Shown piece after piece: positions 18,701 to 26,794 of a stretch of DNA of 64,000 bases (the stretch's first letter is position 1; each line of letters opens with the position of its first letter). The notes beneath the pieces were generated by a model that saw nothing but the letters and a program-made list of their open reading frames with translations, made no database searches and was not told where the DNA came from. Both the position numbers and the translations under genes were made by a program. The stretch spans positions 970 through 64,969 of the forward strand of contig JBELLF010000001.1 in assembly GCA_042088875.1 (NCBI GenBank). Reading direction: 5' to 3'. This DNA is from Candidatus Marisimplicoccus framensis. GTDB lineage: Bacteria; Bacteroidota; Bacteroidia; Flavobacteriales; Flavobacteriaceae.

Positions 18701-19584
18701 TTTGATGAATTCATTGAGTTATGAATCTCCCGTATCATACCATCTACTAAACCTAATTTGGGAACAAAAAGCTTGTTGGCGTTTACCCAATCCATAGTAG
18801 ATATAAAAATCTTAATTGCGGGAATAATTACGTCAGCTCTATCCGGGTTAATATTATATTTAATCATTCTATTAGTTATATCTTTTTCTAATAAATTGTT
18901 ATAAAGATCTTTAATTGAAAGATAAGAAATAGGTTTATTAGGTTTCGTTCTGGTCATATCCTGAATTTTATTAATATTCCCACCAGAAGCAAAAACTTTA
19001 AGTTTCGAATCATCTTCAAGATTTTCATTAATCCATACTTTAATTTCATCAAATACTAATTCATCAACTAAATTATTCAATAATCTTACAGTTCCAATAT
19101 TAAAAGATTTTGACTTTTTTTCATTACCCCTTCTAACAATTGAATACTCAGTACTTCCTCCACCTACATCTACATATAGATATGTTTTATCAAGATCTAA
19201 GTTTTCAGTTGGATTTCCCGATGCAATCAATCTAGCCTCTTTAAGTCCATCTATTAATTGAACCTTCATTCCGGTTGAATCGTAAATTTGTTTGATTACA
19301 TCATTATAGTTTTTGGAGTCTCTAAGTGCAGAAGTAGCATATATTTGATATTGCTCAACTTCATGTACTTTCATTGTAAATTTAAATGATAAAAGAGCAT
19401 TAGATAATGTATTAATCTTATCATTAGATATAATTCCTGTTTTAAAAGAATCCTCTCCTAGTCTAAGGGGTAGCCTGATGTATTGATTTTTTTGAAAAAT
19501 ATATTCATCTTCATTGTTTAGGACATAACAGATCAACATCCTAACTGCATTGGAACCTATATCAATAGCTGCAATCTTTCTCAA
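18697..19584 (-). CDS. ppx: Exopolyphosphatase (Ppx/GppA family, short form)
   Basis: 295 aa. ASKHA-type phosphate motifs AAIDIGSNAVRM and DVGGGSTE. Its start overlaps the ppk1 stop by 4 nt. Confidence 0.85.
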   Translation of the reverse strand: MRKIAAIDIGSNAVRMLICYVLNNEDEYIFQKNQYIRLPLRLGEDSFKTGIISNDKINTLSNALLSFKFTMKVHEVEQYQIYATSALRDSKNYNDVIKQIYDSTGMKVQLIDGLKEARLIASGNPTENLDLDKTYLYVDVGGGSTEYSIVRRGNEKKSKSFNIGTVRLLNNLVDELVFDEIKVWINENLEDDSKLKVFASGGNINKIQDMTRTKPNKPISYLSIKDLYNNLLEKDITNRMIKYNINPDRADVIIPAIKIFISTMDWVNANKLFVPKLGLVDGMIREIHNSMNSSN

Positions 19585-21626
19585 TTATTTAAAATTTTTT
19601 TAAAATAAGTATATGTATACCATTGAGATCTAATATTTGATTTAGAGTTTCTTAAAAAACTATTTTGGATATTACTATTTATCAATCTCGTTTTAACATT
19701 ATCATTAGCACTAATTTCAAGAGTATCAAGTACTTGTTTTTTTAAATTATCCTGATAGATTGGACAAGCTACTTCAACTCTATTTTCAATATTTCTTGTC
19801 ATTAAATCTGCTGATGATATAAATACTTTTTTGTCTCCACCATTTTCAAATACATAAACTCTTGAATGTTCAAGATACCTATCAACAACACTTTGAACTT
19901 CAATGTTATCACTATATCCTAATTTTTTAGGAATAAGGCAACATATTCCTCTAATTAACAATTTTATTTTTACACCCCTTTGGCTAGCCTCATACAATTT
20001 GTCAACAAATTTATAACTTGTGAAACTATTTAGTTTCAAAATTATTTTTGAGTGCAAGCCTTTTTTTGCATTATCTATTTCGTTATCAATTAGTTCAAAT
20101 AATTTATTTGTAGTGTGATGAGGAGAAACAATTAAATGCTTGTAATCATGTATTTTATAGCTAACCTGAAGAAAATCAAATACTTTACTAACCTCTCTTA
20201 GAATTTTCTGATTTGATGTAAATAAAGTAAAGTCAGAATATACTTTAGCTGTAGTCTCGTTAAAATTACCAGTACTTACGAATCCATATAATTTCTTTTT
20301 ATTTTTCTCAACTCTTTCAATCAAACAAACTTTGGAGTGAACCTTTAAACCTTTTACACCAAAAATTAAGTCAACACCTGCAGCTTTTAGTTGATGAGAA
20401 ACTTTAATATTATTTTCTTCGTCAAACCTGGCTTGTAATTCAATTTGAACTAAAACTTTTTTACCATTTTTGGCTGCATTAATCAATGAACTAATTACAT
20501 TAGATTGTCTAGATAGCCTATATAAAGTTATTTTAATTGATTTTACACTAGGATCAATAGCAGTTTGTCTTAGCAAAGAAACTAAATAAGAGAATGAGTG
20601 ATATGGTGTATACATTAAATAGTCTTTTCTGGATATTTGATCGAGTAGATTAGACTCAATTTCAAGATCTCTAATATTAAGTGGTTTCTTTTTTGGATAT
20701 AAAAGATCTGATCTGTTTAATTCTGGAAAATTCATATAGTCACTTCGATGATGGTATTTTCCACCTGGAATCAAACTATCATATGATGAAATGTTTATTT
20801 TTTTTAATAAATAATCAAGAGAAGATTTAGGAATACTTTTATCATAAACAAGTCTCACTGGGTTTGATATTTTTCTTTTGTTAACATACTCCTGAATTTT
20901 TTTTATATAGCTTTTGGATAAGTCTATATCGTCAATGTCTAATTCTGCACTTCTAGTGATTTTGAGCATATGAGCCTCAATTTTTGAATAATTAAAAAAA
21001 CTAAATATTATATGAAGATGATATCTAATTATATCATCAATAAACATTATATATTGTCTATTTCCATTCTTGGGAAGTACAACAAATCTACTTATATCTT
21101 TAGGTATCTCAATAAGAGCATATACAATGGATTTATCTTTTAATTTAAGGTTTACTATTAGAAAAGCCTTATTATCATTAAAATCATGTTTTTTATTATT
21201 TGATAAAATTATGGTTACCAGTGATGGACTAATTTTTCTAATAAAATAATCTTTTAAAAATTCTTTTTGATTTTCTAAAACTTGATTTTGATTTATAAAA
21301 AAAATATTTTCTTCTTTTAATGCTTTTTCAATCGAGATCAAGATATTAGAACTTTCATTTTGAAGCTGAATTACTTTTTTAGTTATGTCATCTAAAAGCT
21401 TTTTTGCAAGAATATTATCCTTATTTCCTTCTTTAGATACTTTTTCATCCGCAATACTTTTTACAGTAGCATATCTTACCTGAAAGAATTCATCAAGATT
21501 ATTAGAGAAAATTCCAATGAACTTAAGTCTTTCTAATAGAGGTACGTCTTTGTTAGAGGCTTCTTGTAAAACTCTCGCATTAAAATCTAACCAACTTAAT
21601 TCTCTATTTACATATTTAAGACTCAC
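19581..21626 (-). CDS. ppk1: Polyphosphate kinase 1
   Basis: 681 aa. N-terminal LSWLDFNARVLQEA, catalytic-His context GLKVHSKVCLIER, and duplicated PLD-like C-terminal domains. Confidence 0.93.
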   Translation of the reverse strand: MSLKYVNRELSWLDFNARVLQEASNKDVPLLERLKFIGIFSNNLDEFFQVRYATVKSIADEKVSKEGNKDNILAKKLLDDITKKVIQLQNESSNILISIEKALKEENIFFINQNQVLENQKEFLKDYFIRKISPSLVTIILSNNKKHDFNDNKAFLIVNLKLKDKSIVYALIEIPKDISRFVVLPKNGNRQYIMFIDDIIRYHLHIIFSFFNYSKIEAHMLKITRSAELDIDDIDLSKSYIKKIQEYVNKRKISNPVRLVYDKSIPKSSLDYLLKKINISSYDSLIPGGKYHHRSDYMNFPELNRSDLLYPKKKPLNIRDLEIESNLLDQISRKDYLMYTPYHSFSYLVSLLRQTAIDPSVKSIKITLYRLSRQSNVISSLINAAKNGKKVLVQIELQARFDEENNIKVSHQLKAAGVDLIFGVKGLKVHSKVCLIERVEKNKKKLYGFVSTGNFNETTAKVYSDFTLFTSNQKILREVSKVFDFLQVSYKIHDYKHLIVSPHHTTNKLFELIDNEIDNAKKGLHSKIILKLNSFTSYKFVDKLYEASQRGVKIKLLIRGICCLIPKKLGYSDNIEVQSVVDRYLEHSRVYVFENGGDKKVFISSADLMTRNIENRVEVACPIYQDNLKKQVLDTLEISANDNVKTRLINSNIQNSFLRNSKSNIRSQWYTYTYFKKILNN

Positions 21627-22104
21627 TCCTTATGTTATTTAAGTAATATATTGGTTTTAAATTAATTATTTCAGACCATAAATCTGTATCAAATTTTAAA
21701 CAAAACCATCTGGCAGTAGGTAAGTTTAAAATTTTATTTTCAGAGAAATAATTTGAAATTTCTGTGTAAGCAGGATTGTGGCCAACTAAAACTATATTTG
21801 AATACTTGTTATCTATTTTATTTATAAAATCAAATACTTCAAGCATATTAAAAGTATAAAGATCATTACATATAATAATTTTTTTTAAGTCAATTCCTAT
21901 AGAATTAGCCATAATTATACATGTATGAATTGCTCTATTTGCTGGACTAGATAAAAAAATTTCAACTGGACTAAAAGTATCAATTGATAAATTTGCAATT
22001 TTCCTAATCTTACTAATACCAAATTCATTTAAAGGCCTATTTATATCAGAAACATCAAAATCCCATGATGATTTAGAGTGTCTTAGAAAAGTTATAGTTT
22101 TCAT
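21616..22104 (-). CDS. SixA-like histidine phosphatase family protein
   Basis: 162 aa. RH(S/G) motif (FLRHSKSSW) and a second His block (LVGHNP). Its stop overlaps the ppk1 start by 11 nt. Confidence 0.75.
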   Translation of the reverse strand: MKTITFLRHSKSSWDFDVSDINRPLNEFGISKIRKIANLSIDTFSPVEIFLSSPANRAIHTCIIMANSIGIDLKKIIICNDLYTFNMLEVFDFINKIDNKYSNIVLVGHNPAYTEISNYFSENKILNLPTARWFCLKFDTDLWSEIINLKPIYYLNNIRSES

Positions 22105-22743
22105 CTAAGGAGACAATAATTTATATTTCCAATTATCTTCTATAAAATTACATAATACTCTATTATGAAGTCTATTCTTCCTGCCTTGCCAAAATTCAAT
22201 TTGATTTATAAATATTTCAATTCCACCCCAGTTATAAGGTCTTTTAAGTTTAGTGTTTTTATTTTGATCAATAAAAGAATTATAGTTTTCTAAAAGAGCT
22301 TCATAACTATCAATATCATCACTTTGATTGGATATTATAGCAGCAGCTTGACTTTCAAATGGTCTTGAATTAAAGTAATTTTCAGATTCATTAAAAGAAG
22401 TTTTTTTAGCACAACCCCTAATTATAACCTGTCTTTCAAGAGGAGCCCAGTAAAAAGAGGCACAAATATTTTGGTTTTTTTCAAGGGATCTTCCTTTTTT
22501 ACTGTTATAATTTGTAAAAAACACAATACTCCTATCTTTAACTTGCTTCAATAACACAACTCTTGAGGAAGGAAAATTATCTTCATCAATAGTTGAAATT
22601 GTCATAGCATTTGGTTCAATAATTTGATTAGAATTTTCGGCTTCTTTAAACCATTTTATAAAAAAGTCAATAGGATTTTTACCAATGTCGTTTATACTCA
22701 ATTTATCTTTATTATATGATTTTCTGTAATTAAATAATTCCAT
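22105..22743 (-). CDS. pdxH: Pyridoxamine 5'-phosphate oxidase
   Basis: 212 aa. C-terminal IEFWQGRKNRLHNR block typical of PdxH. Confidence 0.9.
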   Translation of the reverse strand: MELFNYRKSYNKDKLSINDIGKNPIDFFIKWFKEAENSNQIIEPNAMTISTIDEDNFPSSRVVLLKQVKDRSIVFFTNYNSKKGRSLEKNQNICASFYWAPLERQVIIRGCAKKTSFNESENYFNSRPFESQAAAIISNQSDDIDSYEALLENYNSFIDQNKNTKLKRPYNWGGIEIFINQIEFWQGRKNRLHNRVLCNFIEDNWKYKLLSP

Positions 22744-23684
22744 TATTCATTAATTGAGAAATTTAATTTAGAAGCCAATAAATACATTATTGCCATTCTA
22801 ATAGCAACACCATTTTCAACTTGTTCTAAAATAATAGAATTATTTGATTCTACAAGATCAGAGGTAATTTCAACTCCTCTGTTTATAGGTCCAGGATGTA
22901 GTATTAATATATCTTTTTTGATAGATCTAATTTTATTTGCATCTAAACCAAAAAGTATAGAGTATTCTCTATTATCTGGAAAATATGACTTTATCATTCT
23001 TTCTCTTTGAACTCTAAGAACATTAACAGCATCACACCACCTTAATGCTTTTTGAATGTCTGGTTCAACAGATACATTTAATTTTTCAATATCCTTTGGG
23101 ACAAGACTTAATGGACAAGAAATCTTTATGTTGGCTCCTAATAAATTTAACAAATATAGGTTTGAAAGTGCTACTCTTGAGTGAAGTATATCTCCAACAA
23201 TTAAAATATTTTTTCCTTTTAGATCTCCAATCTTTTCAAATATTGAGAATGAATCTAGTAATGCCTGTGTTGGGTGTTCGTGAGTACCATCTCCAGCATT
23301 AATAATACAGGAATCCGTATATTTTGATAGAAGTATAGATGATCCTGGATTAGGATGCCTCAAGACAATCATATCAACTTTCATAGCTAAAATATTATTA
23401 ACCGTATCAATTAAAGATTCACCTTTCTTGACAGACGAGGAAGAGCTTGAAAAATTAATTACATCAGCTCCAAGTCTTTTTTGAGCTAATTCAAAAGAAA
23501 TTTTAGTTCTAGTGCTATTTTCAAAAAAAAGATTTGCAATAGTAATATCTCTAAGTGTTGGGACTTTTTTAATAGGTCTGTTTATTACTTCCTTGAAATT
23601 AACTGCTGTATCAAAAATAAGATCAACATCAGTCTTATTTAAAAATTTTATACCATGAAGATGGTCCACACTTAATTCTCTCAT
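22743..23684 (-). CDS. pyrB: Aspartate carbamoyltransferase catalytic subunit
   Basis: 313 aa. ENSTRTKISFE, HEHPTQALLD and HPGPINRGVEI blocks. Confidence 0.93.
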   Translation of the reverse strand: MRELSVDHLHGIKFLNKTDVDLIFDTAVNFKEVINRPIKKVPTLRDITIANLFFENSTRTKISFELAQKRLGADVINFSSSSSSVKKGESLIDTVNNILAMKVDMIVLRHPNPGSSILLSKYTDSCIINAGDGTHEHPTQALLDSFSIFEKIGDLKGKNILIVGDILHSRVALSNLYLLNLLGANIKISCPLSLVPKDIEKLNVSVEPDIQKALRWCDAVNVLRVQRERMIKSYFPDNREYSILFGLDANKIRSIKKDILILHPGPINRGVEITSDLVESNNSIILEQVENGVAIRMAIMYLLASKLNFSINE

Positions 23685-24221
23685 CTAACTTTCTATAAAA
23701 ACTTTATTATTAATAGACTTTTTAGCCCATAATACTTTTACTTTGTCCCCTTTAAAAGTATCAATCTTTGTTCCACAATAGTTTGCTTCTATTGGTATTT
23801 CTCTCTTAAATCTTCTATCAACAAGGACAAGGAGTTCAATTGACTTTGGCCTGCCGTAAGAATCTATTGCAGACATAGCTGCCTTAATACTTCTTCCAGT
23901 AAAAAGAACATCATCTATAAATACAATTCTTTTATTTTCTACAGTGAAATTAATTTGAGTCAAATTTGCTGAAAGAGTTTTATCAGATCTTCTAAAATCA
24001 TCTCTAAAAAAAGTGAAATCGAGTATACCACTTTTAATTTTTATATCAGGATGATCAGCTTTAAAAACATTCAAAATTTCATTAAATAAATAGACACCTC
24101 TAGGTTGAAGACCAATTAGAACTGTATTTTGAAAATCTTTATGATTTTCAATTAGTTCATATACTAATCTTGATAAGACTAGATTAATTTTCTTTGAATC
24201 TAAAAGTATTTTTTTTGGCAT
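23685..24221 (-). CDS. pyrR: Bifunctional PyrR regulator / uracil phosphoribosyltransferase
   Basis: 178 aa. PRPP-binding motif VFIDDVLFTGRS. Abuts pyrB with no spacer. Confidence 0.9.
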   Translation of the reverse strand: MPKKILLDSKKINLVLSRLVYELIENHKDFQNTVLIGLQPRGVYLFNEILNVFKADHPDIKIKSGILDFTFFRDDFRRSDKTLSANLTQINFTVENKRIVFIDDVLFTGRSIKAAMSAIDSYGRPKSIELLVLVDRRFKREIPIEANYCGTKIDTFKGDKVKVLWAKKSINNKVFIES

Positions 24222-24236
24222 TAGTATCTATTAGTA

Positions 24237-24244
24237 CAAAAATA
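24237..24244 (-). promoter_or_regulatory. -7 box (TATTTTTG) for pyrR-pyrB-pdxH...
   Basis: Exact TAnnTTTG on the minus strand, 15 nt upstream of the pyrR ATG and downstream of the rpsA terminator. Confidence 0.5.
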
Positions 24245-24267
24245 TAAATTCTACATTATGTCTAGGT

Positions 24268-24300
24268 AAAAAAAAATCCTCATGAATGAGGATTTTTTTT
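24268..24300 (-). terminator. Intrinsic terminator of rpsA (perfect palindrome, potentially bidirectional)
   Basis: A9-TCCTCAT-GA-ATGAGGA-T8 on the plus strand. On the minus strand the hairpin starts 2 nt after the rpsA stop and is followed by a U9 tail. Confidence 0.75.
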
Positions 24301-24302
24301 AA

Positions 24303-26084
24303 TTATTCTTCTTCAGAATCAATATCATCTATTTTATTGTCATCAGGTATATCCGGAGATAAATCTTTATGTGTTAATAAATGAGAAACAACCACTCTTT
24401 TAAATTCTTTACTAAACTCAATAACTTTAAAATCTACCTTATCTCCTTTTGAAAGCTTAGAACCATCTATTTTATCAAGATGTTTAGTAGGACAAAAAGC
24501 AGATATATCTTCATTAAAATTTATTATGGCACCTTTATCAATAACTTCAGACACCTTAGAATTATGAATTGTATCTAAAGCAAAATCTTTTTTATATATA
24601 TCCCATGGATTAGGTATAGTCTGTTTGTGTCCAAGACTAAGTTTTCTTCCCTCAACATCAAGATCAAGAATGACAACTTCAATATTGTCGTTAAGTGCCA
24701 AAAATTCTGAAGGATGTTTGATCTTTTTTGTCCAAGATAAATCAGATATATAAATTAAACCATCTATACCTTCTTGAAGCTCAATAAATACTCCAAAGTT
24801 TGTAAAATTTCTAACAGATCCAGTATGTTTTGAGCCTACCGGAAATTTTTTAGTAATATCAGTCCAAGGATCTTCAGTTAACTGTTTAATTCCTAAAGAC
24901 ATTTTTCTAGATTCTCTATCAAGTGTTAGAACTACAGCCTCAATTTCATCTCCAATTTTTACAAAATCTTGCGCACTTCTCAAATGGGTTGACCATGACA
25001 TCTCAGAAACATGTACTAAACCTTCAATGCCTTCATCAACTTCAATAAATGCACCATAATCTGCAATTACAACTACTTTACCTTTTAATTTAGAACCTTC
25101 TTTAACATCATCACCGAGTTTATCCCATGGATGATCAGTTAATTGTTTAAGACCTAATTGAATTTTAGATTTGTCATCATCAAAATCTAATATTACGACT
25201 TTAATAGTTTGGTCTAGTTCTAAGATCTCAGATGGATGATTTATTCTACTCCATGACAAATCTGTAATATGAATCAGGCCATCAACGCCTCCTAAATCAA
25301 CAAATACTCCATATGAAGTCATATTTTTTACTGTTCCTTCCAAAACTTGCCCTTTCTCAAGCTGACCAATAATTCCTTTCTTTTGCTCCTCAATATCAGC
25401 TTCAATTAATGCTTTGTGGGATACAACTACATTCTTAAACTCGTGATTAATTTTAACCACTTTAAAATCCATGTTTTTATTGGTATATTGATCATAATCT
25501 CTTATTGGCTTGACATCGATTTGAGAACCAGGAAGAAAGGCTTCTATACCAAAAACATCAACAATCATTCCACCTTTTGTTCTACACTTTACAAAGCCCT
25601 GAACAACTTCACCTGAATCATAGGCTGCATTCACTCTATCCCAAGCTTTAATAACTCTTGCTTTTCTGTGAGAAAGAACTAATTGACCAGACTTATCTTC
25701 TCTTGTATCTACAATTACTTCAACTTTATCACCAAGTTTTAGATCAGGATTATATCTAAACTCATTTTTTGAAATTACTCCTTCTGACTTAGCATTTATA
25801 TCAATAATGATGTCTTTCTCTGTCATATGAATTACTTCACCTAATATGATATTATCATCTGAGGTATCTACAAAATTTTTTTCAACTAACTTTTCAAATT
25901 CTTTTATTTGTTTTTCATCTAGTTCATCAATACCTTCCTTGTACTGATGCCAATTAAAATTAGATAGAAAATCATCTTGAGTTTCAACTTTTTTTGTTGA
26001 TTTTTTTTCAGAAGCTACTACTGGAGTTTTTGTTTGTGTATCTGACACTTCAGATTTAACTTTTTCAATATTATCTTCGCTCAT
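24303..26084 (-). CDS. rpsA: 30S ribosomal protein S1
   Basis: Six S1/OB repeats are visible in the translation. Start set at ATG 26084 (MSEDNIEKV), because the ORF-track TTG at 26093 lies inside the predicted -7 box. Confidence 0.93.
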   Translation of the reverse strand: MSEDNIEKVKSEVSDTQTKTPVVASEKKSTKKVETQDDFLSNFNWHQYKEGIDELDEKQIKEFEKLVEKNFVDTSDDNIILGEVIHMTEKDIIIDINAKSEGVISKNEFRYNPDLKLGDKVEVIVDTREDKSGQLVLSHRKARVIKAWDRVNAAYDSGEVVQGFVKCRTKGGMIVDVFGIEAFLPGSQIDVKPIRDYDQYTNKNMDFKVVKINHEFKNVVVSHKALIEADIEEQKKGIIGQLEKGQVLEGTVKNMTSYGVFVDLGGVDGLIHITDLSWSRINHPSEILELDQTIKVVILDFDDDKSKIQLGLKQLTDHPWDKLGDDVKEGSKLKGKVVVIADYGAFIEVDEGIEGLVHVSEMSWSTHLRSAQDFVKIGDEIEAVVLTLDRESRKMSLGIKQLTEDPWTDITKKFPVGSKHTGSVRNFTNFGVFIELQEGIDGLIYISDLSWTKKIKHPSEFLALNDNIEVVILDLDVEGRKLSLGHKQTIPNPWDIYKKDFALDTIHNSKVSEVIDKGAIINFNEDISAFCPTKHLDKIDGSKLSKGDKVDFKVIEFSKEFKRVVVSHLLTHKDLSPDIPDDNKIDDIDSEEE

Positions 26085-26090
26085 AGTGCG

Positions 26091-26098
26091 CAAAAATA
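26091..26098 (-). promoter_or_regulatory. -7 box (TATTTTTG) for rpsA
   Basis: Exact TAnnTTTG on the minus strand, 6 nt upstream of ATG 26084. Confidence 0.5.
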
Positions 26099-26144
26099 TA
26101 ATTTATTAATTTATTGACAAAGATTAGTTATGTTTTTTATCAAA

Positions 26145-26789
26145 CTAAATAATTATTTTTTCAAGTATTTCTTCAAACACCTGGTCGATAGTTAGATAAC
26201 TTACATCAATTACATGAGCGTCTTCAGCTTTTTTTAGTGGAGCAATATCTCTAGTAGAGTCTATATTATCTCTTTCTTTTATCTCTTTTTCAATTGATTC
26301 AATTTTTACACTTTCATCGTTTATTTCCTTATGACGTCTTTTAGCTCTAATTTCAGGAATAGCATACAAAAAGAACTTATAATCTGCATCAGGAAATACA
26401 ACAGTTCCAATATCCCTTCCATCAACAACTATAGAATTTAACTTAGATGATTTTCTTAATAGATTATAAACAAAGTTTCTTATTTCAGGTTTTTTTGCAT
26501 ATTCACTAACATTTACTGATACCTTATGACCTCTTATTTTTGATGTTACATCTTCACCATTTAAAAAGATTGAAAAACTATCATTTTTAATTTTTTGAGA
26601 AATATCAATTGTACTGAAAATATCCTCTCCTAATGTTTCTTTTGGGTTTATTTGATTTCTAATTAAATAAAGGGTTATTGCCCTGTAATAAGCACCTGAA
26701 TCTCTATAATTAATATTTAACTTTTTAGCAATTTTCTTTGCTTGAGTACTTTTGCCTGTAGAGGCTTCACCATCAATTGCTATTATCAT
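26145..26789 (-). CDS. cmk: Cytidylate kinase
   Basis: 214 aa. P-loop IAIDGEASTGKST and full-length family architecture. Confidence 0.9.
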   Translation of the reverse strand: MIIAIDGEASTGKSTQAKKIAKKLNINYRDSGAYYRAITLYLIRNQINPKETLGEDIFSTIDISQKIKNDSFSIFLNGEDVTSKIRGHKVSVNVSEYAKKPEIRNFVYNLLRKSSKLNSIVVDGRDIGTVVFPDADYKFFLYAIPEIRAKRRHKEINDESVKIESIEKEIKERDNIDSTRDIAPLKKAEDAHVIDVSYLTIDQVFEEILEKIII

Positions 26790-26794
26790 AAAAA

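Noticed and set aside
24268-24300. The hairpin between rpsA and pyrR, considered as a PyrR-dependent attenuator.
   Set aside because: It sits upstream of the predicted pyrR -7 box (24237-24244), directly after the rpsA stop. Its loop does not resemble the PyrR-binding consensus. It is best explained as the rpsA terminator.
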